This document shows positions 28,189 to 38,285 of a stretch of DNA of 64,000 bases, piece after piece (position 1 is the first letter of the stretch; each line of letters begins with the position of its first letter). The position numbers and the translations under genes are program-made. The stretch is from assembly GCA_041690105.1 (NCBI GenBank), contig JAWLHX010000014.1:740-64739 (forward strand), given 5' to 3'. This DNA comes from Phycisphaerae bacterium. Its GTDB lineage: Bacteria > Planctomycetota > Phycisphaerae > FEN-1346 > JAACEH01. The notes below the pieces were generated by a model. It worked only from the letters and a program-made list of their open reading frames with translations, did no database searches and was not told the DNA's origin.

Positions 28189-29706
28189 TTAAGGACCAGG
28201 TAATCTCGTTCTTGAGGTGCTCGTATCGTACCACACTTTCTCGGGTGACAGGAATTCGATCGTCCGCTCGACGTCAGCAAAACGATCGACCTGCTCGCCC
28301 TGCGTCTCAACATTCAGCCGCCGCTCCTGCGTTACCCGCAGTATGCGGCGAGTATCCTCGCCAGGGGCGTAATCTACCAGATTCATCAGCACTGTAACAG
28401 TTGTAACTTTTGCATGCGGAGCGGTCTTTCGTGTCACTAAGTCCACAGAATGCAGAGCCCAGTCGTCCAGCGGAAAAGCCAGCAATCCGGCCAGGCCATA
28501 AAACCATTTTTCGAAGCGTATTGCCGCCTGCCCGCCACGCTCGCTCACGCACTGCACGTGGATCACACTCTCCTCGGCCTCGGCCTGCCCGGCCGGCTCT
28601 TCCTGCCAGAAGGTCAGTCGGAATCGGCCCTTAGCCGTCAGCACCGGAGCCAGATCGTGCAGCTCGTCAATCCGCACCTCGTAACCCGGCCGCACATCGA
28701 CCACCAGGCTGCCGACCGTCTGCCCGTCGACTTCCGCCATCTCCATCACCACCAGGTAGAACTTATCCCACTGATCAAGCAGGCGGGCCATGTTTTGCAG
28801 CATTCGCGGCATCACGTCAAGGTAGACGGTCAACTCATCGCGCCTGATGGGGCGCTCGTCTCGCTCTGCCCGCTGCCGAAGCTCCAGCATCTTCTGCTCG
28901 ATCATGCCCTGCACAATCACGGCCGACATCGGTCCCTGCTCCATGATGGCCATGACCTCTTCGACCGCTCCGTCCGGTATGCGCAAATCGGCCGCCTGAA
29001 ACACACCGGCCATGGCGAACTTTACCACCAATCGCCGGCGTTCTTCGTTATAGAGCAACCGGCCGTCCTTGAACATCCGCCCCGGGGCGGACTGCGCCGC
29101 GACGTATTCCATTACGCTCCGGGCCAGCGGCGCCCCCTGCGACAGGTGCTGCTGAGTAGCGCGGGCATAGGGCCGCGGATCGGCCGCCTCAACTCCATGA
29201 TCGACCCGATAGATGATCGCGAACACTTTGGATGCATCTTCAGCCCACTTCTTCCGGCCCGACGGCTGCACGTATGTTTCCACCTGGGTCGACCAGCGGC
29301 CAATGGCCTCCGCCAACTGGCGCATATCGTCGGCCGCATCAGCCGCCATCTCCGGAGTAATCAGCAGACGCAATCCATCCGCCGGCCGCTCGGCAATCTG
29401 CTCGCGAGCGCTGGTCAGGTTGCTGATACTGGCCCACGTGCTCTCCTCGCGGATGATAATAACCCGTTGCGGCATCTCGGCACCCTCGCCTCGAGTGGCC
29501 AGATTCACCTGCCGCCACTTATCGGGCCGCACGTGAAAGGCTGCGTCAAACTCCCCCGGCCGCGTTGCACGGCTATCCATACAGCCAGTGGCAGCCGTCA
29601 AAATTATCAGCGCCGGCAGCAGCAGCGTCAGCGCCACCCGCGTCTCCGGGGCAGCCCCTGAGGCCCGCGGCACACTTCCGTCGGATTTCTCCCAGCCAGT
29701 GGTCAT
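28189..29706 (-). CDS. hypothetical large lipoprotein
   Basis: Lipobox ...LTAATGC after the internal start MTTGWEK (ATG 29704-29706). No recognisable domain. It is separated from the HAD-like gene stop by 1 nt. Confidence 0.55.
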   Translation of the reverse strand: MTTGWEKSDGSVPRASGAAPETRVALTLLLPALIILTAATGCMDSRATRPGEFDAAFHVRPDKWRQVNLATRGEGAEMPQRVIIIREESTWASISNLTSAREQIAERPADGLRLLITPEMAADAADDMRQLAEAIGRWSTQVETYVQPSGRKKWAEDASKVFAIIYRVDHGVEAADPRPYARATQQHLSQGAPLARSVMEYVAAQSAPGRMFKDGRLLYNEERRRLVVKFAMAGVFQAADLRIPDGAVEEVMAIMEQGPMSAVIVQGMIEQKMLELRQRAERDERPIRRDELTVYLDVMPRMLQNMARLLDQWDKFYLVVMEMAEVDGQTVGSLVVDVRPGYEVRIDELHDLAPVLTAKGRFRLTFWQEEPAGQAEAEESVIHVQCVSERGGQAAIRFEKWFYGLAGLLAFPLDDWALHSVDLVTRKTAPHAKVTTVTVLMNLVDYAPGEDTRRILRVTQERRLNVETQGEQVDRFADVERTIEFLSPEKVWYDTSTSRTRLPGP

Positions 29707-29707
29707 G

Positions 29708-30784
29708 TCAGCGGCCCTCCGTCGGACTACCGGGCAACTGCGGGTCCTGGCGGCGCAGACGCTCAACCTCTTGCGGGGCCGGAGGCTCTTCGCCCTGCTC
29801 CGGCTCTTGCTCTAGAATTTCGTCCATTCGCTGCCGCGCCAGCTTCTCCAGTTCGGAGGCCGCCTGAGAGGCCGGAAACTTGGCCTGCTCGTATATCACC
29901 TGCTCAACCTGTCGCCAATTTTCGACCACCGACACGTCATCGCCCAGACTGCGCACATCGCGCAGCCAGCGCAGCACATCGCCGGGCTCGGTCATGCTGT
30001 CCGGATGCAGAATCAGAATGGCATGCATGCCGCCGGCCTGGTACGCACGAATGTCTGTCATCAAATCGCCGACGCCATAGCGAAGGTTCGGGAAGTCGCG
30101 CTTGATGGCCTTGATCTGGGAGGTCTTGTATTGCTGCACACCAAGCCCAAGGGTCGAATCGCTGTTGGCAATCACCGGGCCCAGAGGGTAGTTGTTCTTG
30201 CGAAGCCAATGCTTGCTGAGTTGAGAAAACGAGGTGGGCCGGCCCGTCAGATAAACAACTACACAATCTTGCACCAGACGCTCGGTTACCTTCAAGCTGT
30301 AAGGTATGGGCTCGGCCTGGCCGCCCAGAACGCCCTCAAAGCCCCCGCTCACCAGAGTCCAGTCCAGGTCGAGCACCACCAACTCTACATCCGGCGGCTG
30401 AACCTCGACCAGTATCTCCGTCGCCTCCACGGCAAACTTGCGCACGTCGGGGTCTTCGAGCCGGGCCGTCAGCACCTGCTGGCCGGGCCGGAATGGGGTA
30501 ATCTCCACCCAGGCCCGCCCGTCTTCATCGGTGCGCATCTCGCCGATTTTATGATCAAGATCATAGAAGCCGACCAAGTAGCCCTCCATGCCCGACAGGT
30601 AATTGCCGCCGCGAAGTTCGGCCGTTACGCGCACCGGCCGCCCAGGGTGGGCCAGCGTGTCGAAGCCTTGGAACAGCAGACCACCACGCGTGCCGAGAAG
30701 CTGATCCTGCACCCCGCAACCTGTGGCTCCTAAGACTGCACAAAGCAGCACCAGAGTGAATAAGGCAACAGTTGACCGTGGCAT
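29708..30784 (-). CDS. HAD-superfamily (App1/LNS2-like phosphatase fold) lipoprotein
   Basis: Lipobox LGATGC. DxDxT motif VVLDLDWTLV and HAD motif IV GDLMTDIRAY. Acidic C-terminal tail. Confidence 0.6.
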   Translation of the reverse strand: MPRSTVALFTLVLLCAVLGATGCGVQDQLLGTRGGLLFQGFDTLAHPGRPVRVTAELRGGNYLSGMEGYLVGFYDLDHKIGEMRTDEDGRAWVEITPFRPGQQVLTARLEDPDVRKFAVEATEILVEVQPPDVELVVLDLDWTLVSGGFEGVLGGQAEPIPYSLKVTERLVQDCVVVYLTGRPTSFSQLSKHWLRKNNYPLGPVIANSDSTLGLGVQQYKTSQIKAIKRDFPNLRYGVGDLMTDIRAYQAGGMHAILILHPDSMTEPGDVLRWLRDVRSLGDDVSVVENWRQVEQVIYEQAKFPASQAASELEKLARQRMDEILEQEPEQGEEPPAPQEVERLRRQDPQLPGSPTEGR

Positions 30785-30832
30785 TGAAGAAAACCCTCCC
30801 GATGTATTGGCACCGCTGCATTCAAGGTTCGT

Positions 30833-31714
30833 TTAATTGCTCCCGTACTGCGACACCATGTTCTGCCGATTCAGCACCTGCTGCTGATAGCGCTCCCGGC
30901 CTACAGTCAGATTCGGATTGTTGACCGCCTGCGGGTATTCCCGGCGAATGGTCTCCTGCAGGTATTCAAGCCGGTTATCCGGATTTGGGTGCGTGCGCAG
31001 GAACTCCGGGCCACCACCCTCCCCCTCCATCCGCTGGAAGAGCCGCATTACGTCAACCAGTCCTTCGGGCTGATACCCAGCGTTCACCAGGAATTGCAGG
31101 CCGTACATGTCGGCTTCGCGTTCATGATCTCGACTGTAGCTGAGCTGCCGGAAATTATTGGCGATGGTGGCCACCTGACCTGCCCGGGTGGCAGTGGTTT
31201 CACCACGGGTACGGGCCAGTGCGGCGACCGCGGCCTCGATGAGAACCGCCGCGCCCACCTGGTTGGACATCTGCGTGGCGCTGTGCTGACCGATAACGTG
31301 GGCTGCTTCATGAGCCAGCACGCCGGCCAATTGAGACTCGTTCTGCAGATTGAAGAGAAGGCCCCGGGTCACGTAAATCGGTCCGCCGGGCAGCGCAAAG
31401 GCGTTGATGGCCTCGTTGTCGACAACGCCAAACTTGTATTCGTAAGGCAGGCTGGGATCCAGGGCCCGGGCCTGATCGGCCACACGATTGCCGACCTGGC
31501 TGACGTAGGCCTGGATGACCGGATCGTTGTATAAGCCGCCAAGCTCCTCTACTACCTGCGGTTCGGCTTCCAGCCCCAGGGCCACCTCCTGCTCGGGCGG
31601 CAGAATGTTGAACTGTCGTTCACCGGTCAGCGGACTTGTACTGCATCCGGCAGCAAAAGGCAGGGCCATCAGCATGCAAAGGCCGGCCAGCAACAGCTTT
31701 CTCTTGGGCATCAT
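30833..31714 (-). CDS. M48-family zinc metallopeptidase lipoprotein (BepA/YfgC-like)
   Basis: Lipobox PFAAGC. HExxH LAHEAAHVIGQH and a downstream glutamate (EREADMYG). Confidence 0.8.
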   Translation of the reverse strand: MMPKRKLLLAGLCMLMALPFAAGCSTSPLTGERQFNILPPEQEVALGLEAEPQVVEELGGLYNDPVIQAYVSQVGNRVADQARALDPSLPYEYKFGVVDNEAINAFALPGGPIYVTRGLLFNLQNESQLAGVLAHEAAHVIGQHSATQMSNQVGAAVLIEAAVAALARTRGETTATRAGQVATIANNFRQLSYSRDHEREADMYGLQFLVNAGYQPEGLVDVMRLFQRMEGEGGGPEFLRTHPNPDNRLEYLQETIRREYPQAVNNPNLTVGRERYQQQVLNRQNMVSQYGSN

Positions 31715-31736
31715 GATATACTCCCCCTGAAGGATA

Positions 31737-32186
31737 TTAGGAACTCATTTGATTGGAAACCTGAACATACGCCATGCGCAACTGGTAGAGCACGGTGTCA
31801 ATGTAGCGTTTCTCTTCAGCAGCCAGATTGCCGCGCGTCTTTTCTTCCAGCACGCTCAACAGATCGACAGTGTGTTTGGCCAGGTCGAGATTCTGCATCG
31901 ATTCGCCGGTCTGGGGGTCGCGCTGCGGGCTGAGGAACATCATGGCCTGCGTGGCCAGGCTCTGAATCAGGACCTCGATGGTCGCCGGGGGCAACTCGTG
32001 CATGCCGCGGCCTGCAGTTTGGTCGGTCGCAGCGGCACCCTCCCCGAGGCCTTCACCGGCGCCGCCGGCCGGAGCAGTTCGCTTGGCCTCGCTCTCGCGG
32101 GCCAGACGCTCTTTTTCGGCCCGCATCTGCTCCTTCCAGTCGGTATCAATGTGCAGCTTCTTATCGCCTTCACCCTCTGCGGCCAT
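31737..32186 (-). CDS. DUF1844-domain protein
   Basis: The C-terminal half PPATIEVLIQSLATQAMMFL...DLAKHTVDLLSVLEEKTRGNLAAEEKRYIDTVLYQLRMAYV matches DUF1844. Confidence 0.6.
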   Translation of the reverse strand: MAAEGEGDKKLHIDTDWKEQMRAEKERLARESEAKRTAPAGGAGEGLGEGAAATDQTAGRGMHELPPATIEVLIQSLATQAMMFLSPQRDPQTGESMQNLDLAKHTVDLLSVLEEKTRGNLAAEEKRYIDTVLYQLRMAYVQVSNQMSS

Positions 32187-32505
32187 TGGTCTTCCTTTCC
32201 TCGTGCTGGTTGCGGTAAGTCAATGATGTATAGGATCAGCCTTATCTCTGAACCTGCCAATGCTGATTTTAACTCATCGGCAGCAGCAAGCCAATAGGCA
32301 GAGTGGCAATAGAAATGGGGAAAAGGAGGAAACGCCCACCCGCCTCCGGGGGTGGAGACACTGTGGCGGAACGGGCGAATCGGCAGCAACCCGGCCCGAT
32401 CAAGTCCGGCAAGGCTTTCATCCTGGACGTTAATGGCCACCTGACGGACGGACGGCCCTGACGGTCACGGTAGCACGATAAGAGGTCGCCCTGGGCGGCC
32501 CGGCA

Positions 32506-34014
32506 TCAGCCGCGATAGCGCGTCGGCCTGGCTCTCAGGGTGGCTTGCAGCTCAACAACCTCTTCGCCGCGACGAACCTTCACTGTGATACTGTCGCCGA
32601 CACTGCGCGAGCCTATCTCGTGCAGCAACTGGTAGCTGCTCTCGACCGGCTTGCCTTCGAGCTCAATGATAATGTCGCCGCTCTTCATTCCCGCGGCCGC
32701 GGCCGCAGTGTTCCGGATTACTTCCTGAACCTGCGCTCCGCTCTGCAGGCGGGTCATGTTGAACTGTACGCCGAGAAATGGCGGCTCGATCGTCTTGCCG
32801 TCCTTCAGCGTGGCGAAATGGGCCATAATGTCTTCCAGCGGAACCGCGAAACCGATGCCGCTGTCGCTGTAACGGCTTGCACTGGCTGTACTTCCGGCAA
32901 CGTCAACGGAGGCTATCATGGCTACACCCCGACCGCGGATATCGGCCAGCAAACCGCCGAAGTTGACCGGCGAAATGTTGGCGTCGGTCTGCAGAGTGAG
33001 GCCGGCGTGCCGCCGCAACGAACTGATAATGCCCTTGGTGACAGTCGTGCCACCAATGGGCAGAGCCCGTCCAAGAGCCAGCACCCACTGACCAAGCTGA
33101 AGATCGTCGCGAGGCACAACCACCACCGCCGGCAGGCCCTCGGCCTCAACCTTCAGCAGCAGAACGTCGCGTCGCACATCCTCGCCAAGAGCCTTGGCGT
33201 CGAGAATGCGCCCGTCAGCAAGCTCGACCTGAAGCCCGTCGCGTTGCCGCCCGCAGCCGGCCAGGCTGGTAATAATGTAACCGTCGCTGGCCACCACTAC
33301 CCCCGAGCGCGGGTGCTGCTTGATGGGCACAATTGGCTGACCATCGTCATCCTCCGCCAGTTCCTCCGCCTGCTCCTCCGCCTTGGGGGTGTCGGCCGCA
33401 GGTGCATCGGCGGGGTTGTCAGCATTATCTTCGGCGGGCGGAGCAGCCTTGTCCTCTGCGGCATCGTCGCCATCTGCCTCGTCGGCACTGTCATCCTTGG
33501 CAGCCGGATCGGCCGGCGAGGGGGCATCATCCTGCGGCTTGGCCGCCTCAATTTCCCTTAGCAACTGCTGAAGCGCCTGCAACTGGCGGGCAAACTCATC
33601 GCCCTCAAGTTCGGTCAGCTTCTCGCTCATCTCCTGCAGCCGCTTCTGCAGAGCCTGAAGCCGTGGGTTGTCGCGGGCAGCATCCTGCAACTGCCGCTCG
33701 GCGTCATCGCGCAGGGCCTCGGCCTGCATCTGGTCCACTCTCTGCCGGCGGTTACGCTGGGCAATCAGCTTCTGCTGCTCCTTGCTGTATTCCGGAACAA
33801 GCACGCGCACCACCGAGGGCGAGACCGTTTCCACGCTCAGACTCATAACCCGGTCCAGGTCCGAAAACTCCGAGCTGTGCACGGGCATCGGGTCCTGCGC
33901 CAAGGCATGGCCCGAGCCGCTGGCGAAAACCGCCACGGCAGCCGTCACCAGGCTCAGAACCAGCACCATCATGGGCATCAGGCGACGTTTATCAGTCTGT
34001 TCTTGCAGTTGCAT
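32506..34014 (-). CDS. HtrA/DegP-family paralogue with PDZ domain and long N-terminal coiled-coil/acidic extension; catalytic His and Ser replaced (predicted pseudoprotease)
   Basis: The protease-domain alignment is retained, but TNNHV is TSLAGC and GNSGGPL is VNFGGLL. The Asp motif DVLLLKV is kept. A C-terminal PDZ is present (GVQFNM..., GDIIIELEGKPV). Confidence 0.7.
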   Translation of the reverse strand: MQLQEQTDKRRLMPMMVLVLSLVTAAVAVFASGSGHALAQDPMPVHSSEFSDLDRVMSLSVETVSPSVVRVLVPEYSKEQQKLIAQRNRRQRVDQMQAEALRDDAERQLQDAARDNPRLQALQKRLQEMSEKLTELEGDEFARQLQALQQLLREIEAAKPQDDAPSPADPAAKDDSADEADGDDAAEDKAAPPAEDNADNPADAPAADTPKAEEQAEELAEDDDGQPIVPIKQHPRSGVVVASDGYIITSLAGCGRQRDGLQVELADGRILDAKALGEDVRRDVLLLKVEAEGLPAVVVVPRDDLQLGQWVLALGRALPIGGTTVTKGIISSLRRHAGLTLQTDANISPVNFGGLLADIRGRGVAMIASVDVAGSTASASRYSDSGIGFAVPLEDIMAHFATLKDGKTIEPPFLGVQFNMTRLQSGAQVQEVIRNTAAAAAGMKSGDIIIELEGKPVESSYQLLHEIGSRSVGDSITVKVRRGEEVVELQATLRARPTRYRG

Positions 34015-34019
34015 GGATA

Positions 34020-35348
34020 CTACTCCCTCGCGCCCAGAGTTACCTTCAGCTTCAACTCTACTGGTTCATTCTCGCCCGCAGCCCCCCGGCCCGGGCGCAA
34101 CACGGTCAACGTGACTTCGTCGCCAGGCTTGTGCTGGCCAAGGGCAGCGGCCAACTCCGCAAAAGTGGCCACCGCTTTACCGTCGACCGCCTTAATCAGG
34201 TCGCCAGCGGCGATGCCGCCATCTGCGGCCGGACCGCCGGGCACGGTTGCAGCTACGCGACAGTCTTTGCTGTCCGGAGCCGCAATAACGCCCAGATAAG
34301 CCGCCTGCTTCTCCTCATCCTCCGCCTCCTTGGCCATCGGTGGATCGGGTGATTCCACCGCCCGCTTAAGCAGCGGCTCGATGACCTCCACCGGAAGAGC
34401 CACGTTCAGGGCGCTGTTGGTCGGGCGGTAGTAGATCGGCAGCATCAATATACCCACCAGCCGCCCCTGGGCGTCGAGCATGGCCCCGCCCTGGCTGCCG
34501 GTATTGGCCGTGGCGTCGGTCAGCAGCAGGTCGCCATCGTACTTCAGGCCACTCTTCATTTTGCCGCGGCCGGCGAGCAATCCGGCGCTGAAGGCCGGCT
34601 GGGTGAATTTCTTCATGTCGGACCCAACCGGATAGGCGACTGTGGCCACCCACGAACCGATGGCCGCAGGTTCGTTGCCACCAGCGGCAATAAATGGCCA
34701 GACAATGTCGGCCGGCGGTGTGGCCGACTCCTCGGTGCCCTCAGAAGCCTGGGACGGATCGTCGTCAGGCAGGGCGAATTCCTGCTCCATGGCTTCTTCC
34801 GAGATGGCACTAAGTTCGTCAGCAACTGGTTTTTCCGGCTCGCCCGCCTTGTCTTCAGGCTCTTTGGCCTCCTGAGCCGGACGCTCGCCTTCGTCCTTCT
34901 TGTCTGGAGCGGTCGCGGCTTCAGGAGCCAGAAGCCTGAGCACGGCCAGTTGCGTCGGAGCATCGCGCAGCAACACCTTGGCCTTTAATATCCGCCCGTC
35001 GCTGGTCAGCACGTTGAGCTTGTCGCGCTTGGCAATGTCGATGTGCGTGATAAGCAGGCCATCGGCGGTAACAACTGTGCCGCTGGAATAAGACCGATTG
35101 TTGTAGTAGACCCTGACAACAGCCGGGCTGACTCGTTCATAAATGCCGGTAAGAGCGCTGGTTCGGTCTGCGTTGCGGTCGGATTCATCGACCCGGATTG
35201 CTGCGGTCGAACCGGCCCGAGCCTCAACCGCTGCAGGTGCGGCCTGCCCCAGGGTGCCGAACGAGCCGAAAACAATGACTGCGGCAACCAGAAGCACAAA
35301 CCATCGACCGCAGCGGTCAACACGCTCTTTATCAAGCATCGGCTTCAC
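34020..35348 (-). CDS. HtrA/DegP-family paralogue, divergent (catalytic Ser replaced by Gln; ~80-aa acidic insertion)
   Basis: TDATANTGSQGGAMLD versus the TDAAINPGNSGGPL consensus. The Asp position reads QLAVLRL. The His region LITHIDIA is shifted. C-terminal PDZ present (GDLIKAVDGKAV). Confidence 0.65.
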   Translation of the reverse strand: MKPMLDKERVDRCGRWFVLLVAAVIVFGSFGTLGQAAPAAVEARAGSTAAIRVDESDRNADRTSALTGIYERVSPAVVRVYYNNRSYSSGTVVTADGLLITHIDIAKRDKLNVLTSDGRILKAKVLLRDAPTQLAVLRLLAPEAATAPDKKDEGERPAQEAKEPEDKAGEPEKPVADELSAISEEAMEQEFALPDDDPSQASEGTEESATPPADIVWPFIAAGGNEPAAIGSWVATVAYPVGSDMKKFTQPAFSAGLLAGRGKMKSGLKYDGDLLLTDATANTGSQGGAMLDAQGRLVGILMLPIYYRPTNSALNVALPVEVIEPLLKRAVESPDPPMAKEAEDEEKQAAYLGVIAAPDSKDCRVAATVPGGPAADGGIAAGDLIKAVDGKAVATFAELAAALGQHKPGDEVTLTVLRPGRGAAGENEPVELKLKVTLGARE

Positions 35349-35496
35349 CTCGTCTCGTGCGGCTCAGGGGCCGCCTGCTGTATTCTCGGCAACACAATTC
35401 ATCACCATAATGCGGCCATTCATCGCCGCTGCAACAATAATAATGATCACACAACGTTGCTGCGATAATCATTACAACTGTCAGGCTGCAACCGGT

Positions 35497-36834
35497 TCAG
35501 TCCTCGGTCCCATTCTCTGAACCATTCGGGGCAGCTTCCGGCGACTCGGGGCCATTTTCACCCTCGCCATTATCGTCGCCGTCGCCGTTTTCGGGCCCGC
35601 CGTCTTTATTCTCGCCATCGTCTTCGTTTTTTTCCTGATCTTCGCCGCCTTGGCCTTCATCCTCGCCGTCCTCGTCACCTTCGCCTTCGTCCTCTTCTTC
35701 GGGACCGGGCACCGGTGGGGCCAGGCGGGTGCCACGGGCGCGGGCAAGTTCGGCCATCTTCAGCAGTGCCACCGCCTGCACGCCACCAAGTTGCACCTGT
35801 CGCTGCTGCTGCGTACCGTCGCGCAGGGTTGTCACCTGCACGCGCATGCCTGCCGGTCGCGTCTGGACGAAGTTGTTGACGTCGCCAATATCCCTGAAGG
35901 CCTGCCCGTCGATGCTGACCAGAATGTCGCCCTTGCGAATACCGAAGACATCGGCCGGCGATTCCGCAACCAGCGATTCGATCTTCAGCCCGGCCGCATC
36001 TTCGCTCACTTGCTGCACGCCGAGAAAGCCGCGATCGACCTCGTGGCCTGCCTTGAGGTCTTCCAGAAAGCGCTTGATGGCGTCAATCGGAATGGCGAAA
36101 CCTATGCCCGCGTTCAGTTTCTGGACACGCATGCCCTCCAGCCGTCGCGGCGCTATGCGGCCATTTATGCCAATCAATTCGCCTTGCATGTTAAACAGCG
36201 GACCACCGGAGTTGCCGGGATTGAGGGCGGCATCAATCTGGATAGCATCAGCATAGATAAGGTCTTTCCGCAAGGCACCGCCACCCGGCAGATAGCGGTG
36301 CAGACCGCTTACAACGCCCATGCTGACCGTGGGACTGAAGTCGGTGGCCAGCAGAAACGGATTGCCCATGGCGATAACCCACTGACCAACCTCAAGCTCG
36401 TCGCTCGACCCCAGGGGCACGTAGGGCAACTCTTCGTCGGTCTCGATCTTCAGCAAAGCTATGTCGCCCGTGCGATCCAGACCCAGCAGCTTTGCGGCGT
36501 ATGTCTTGCCACCAACACGACCTATGCGCAAGTTGCGGGTGGTTTCGGTAACGTGGAAATTGCTCAAAGCATAGCCGTCAGGAGAAATAATCACCCCGCT
36601 GCCGGAGCCGGGAGCCAAGTTGTCCAGATCGCTGTCAACTCGGAATACGCTGATTACCGTCGGCACAAGGCGCTGTATAAGCTCAACCCGGGCCTGCTCG
36701 CGGGCGGCAACGCGCTGCAGCAGATCGGCATCCGAAGCCGTCGCCACTGCAGATGCTGCCGAGAGGAGCGCCCCGGCCATAATCAGCATAAAAGCTGATC
36801 TGCCACCTTTTTTCCATCTGCCAGATAATGCCAT
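35497..36834 (-). CDS. htrA: HtrA/DegP serine endoprotease with PDZ domain and poly-acidic C-terminal tail (catalytic triad intact)
   Basis: GSGVIISPDGYALSNFHV (His), DIALLKI (Asp), GNSGGPLFN (Ser), and PDZ GDILVSIDGQAF. The last ~70 aa are E/D/G/N-rich. Confidence 0.85.
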   Translation of the reverse strand: MALSGRWKKGGRSAFMLIMAGALLSAASAVATASDADLLQRVAAREQARVELIQRLVPTVISVFRVDSDLDNLAPGSGSGVIISPDGYALSNFHVTETTRNLRIGRVGGKTYAAKLLGLDRTGDIALLKIETDEELPYVPLGSSDELEVGQWVIAMGNPFLLATDFSPTVSMGVVSGLHRYLPGGGALRKDLIYADAIQIDAALNPGNSGGPLFNMQGELIGINGRIAPRRLEGMRVQKLNAGIGFAIPIDAIKRFLEDLKAGHEVDRGFLGVQQVSEDAAGLKIESLVAESPADVFGIRKGDILVSIDGQAFRDIGDVNNFVQTRPAGMRVQVTTLRDGTQQQRQVQLGGVQAVALLKMAELARARGTRLAPPVPGPEEEDEGEGDEDGEDEGQGGEDQEKNEDDGENKDGGPENGDGDDNGEGENGPESPEAAPNGSENGTED

Positions 36835-37284
36835 AGCCGTGGTTCCTTGTTTCAGAAAGAGACTGCTGTATGAACAACTCAGCTGCAGGCGCAGTCCTGC
36901 AAAAAATCATCAAAGCACCATTGCGATTGTAGCAAAAGTCAGCACGAAGGCCAGCAATGCCGGCAGCCCATCAGCGACAATCCGAAGGCAGCTGCGGTCA
37001 GCCTCGGAAATCTGGTCAAGCAATTGCTCGATGCCTGCAGGATTCGGACCCTTCGGCATCTGCGTTCCAAACCACCTGCAGAAAGTGGCAGCATTCCTGC
37101 CTGACGCGCCTGAAACGCCGTCGCGGGCCACCTTCCATAACATTACTACGTTTTTGACCCTGTCTGACGCAACAAAGTTTCGCTAAAATATCTCTGGACC
37201 GCCTGCGTTTGTTATAATAGGGTGGTATGGCAGCAGAGGAACCGATGCTGCGCAAATGACTATTTTTTAACTGGAGGCACGTTC

Positions 37285-38202
37285 ATGAGAAAACTGACTA
37301 TAACGGTCATCGTGCTCTTAGCCGCAGTTGGCCTGACCGCCGGCCAGTCATGGGCTATTGATTGGGACCAGCAGCCGGCCGCACGCGAGGGCGACCGACC
37401 CGCCGCCGAGAGCGCCCCCGGACAGCAGCAGAACCAGAATGGTGATCAGGCCGGGGAGTCGCAAGAGGCGAGACAGCCCGCCGAGCAGAGCGAAGAAGAT
37501 CAGCGCATAAATCGCTCGATTGGCCTGGACTGGGGCGACAAAGATAAGAGCGACAAACCGGAAGACCCGAACATGCGTCAGCCGGGCCAGAAGGTGGACC
37601 TGTCCACCGCCCTGGACGAAAGGCAGCAGAAACTGCTTGAGAATATCCAGAAAATAGCGGCCGATGGCGATGAGCTTGCCGCCCTGGCCGCAAAGACCAA
37701 AGCCGGCGAGAACGAGCGTATACCCAAGGAACGCAGCCTGCAGCAGTTCAATGCCGCCAGCGTAAAGTACCTGAAAGCGCATGGCGATCTGGAACGGCGT
37801 CTCGGAAGGGCTATTCAGGATGACGATACGCGGCTGACGCTTTACCGCGAATATGGCGACACCTATCGCCGCAAAGCGGCGCAGATGCTGCTCAATGCCG
37901 GGCACGCCGCCATGGAGTTTCAGAACAACCCCAATGGCATAAAGACGGCAGTCACCTACTTCAAGCGGGCTCGGGCAATTGACGAAAGTCACACTGGCTG
38001 GCGCGACGGCTACCTGGCTGCCCAGTCGGCCATGCGCGACCTGGTGCAGACTGCCCAGCAGACAGCTGCGGCCCGTAATGCAACAACTGGTGGCGGCGGT
38101 GCCACTGACACCGAAGATGATGAGACGATTTACGGAGATAACGACTACCAGCGACAGAGGCGGGAGGCATCGCCGGGCTTTGACAGACCGAACCGGCCCT
38201 GA
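37285..38202 (+). CDS. secreted hypothetical protein (Gln/Glu-rich N-terminal region)
   Basis: GGAGG Shine-Dalgarno at 37273-37277 and signal peptide MRKLTITVIVLLAAVGLTAGQSWA. No recognisable domain. Confidence 0.55.
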   Translation: MRKLTITVIVLLAAVGLTAGQSWAIDWDQQPAAREGDRPAAESAPGQQQNQNGDQAGESQEARQPAEQSEEDQRINRSIGLDWGDKDKSDKPEDPNMRQPGQKVDLSTALDERQQKLLENIQKIAADGDELAALAAKTKAGENERIPKERSLQQFNAASVKYLKAHGDLERRLGRAIQDDDTRLTLYREYGDTYRRKAAQMLLNAGHAAMEFQNNPNGIKTAVTYFKRARAIDESHTGWRDGYLAAQSAMRDLVQTAQQTAAARNATTGGGGATDTEDDETIYGDNDYQRQRREASPGFDRPNRP

Positions 38203-38285
38203 AAGTGTGGGCTGCTAGCGGCGGGCATTGCGGCGGCGGGTTAGCGCAGGCTGCGAGTGTTTCAGCTGATTGAAACGGTCCGCAC

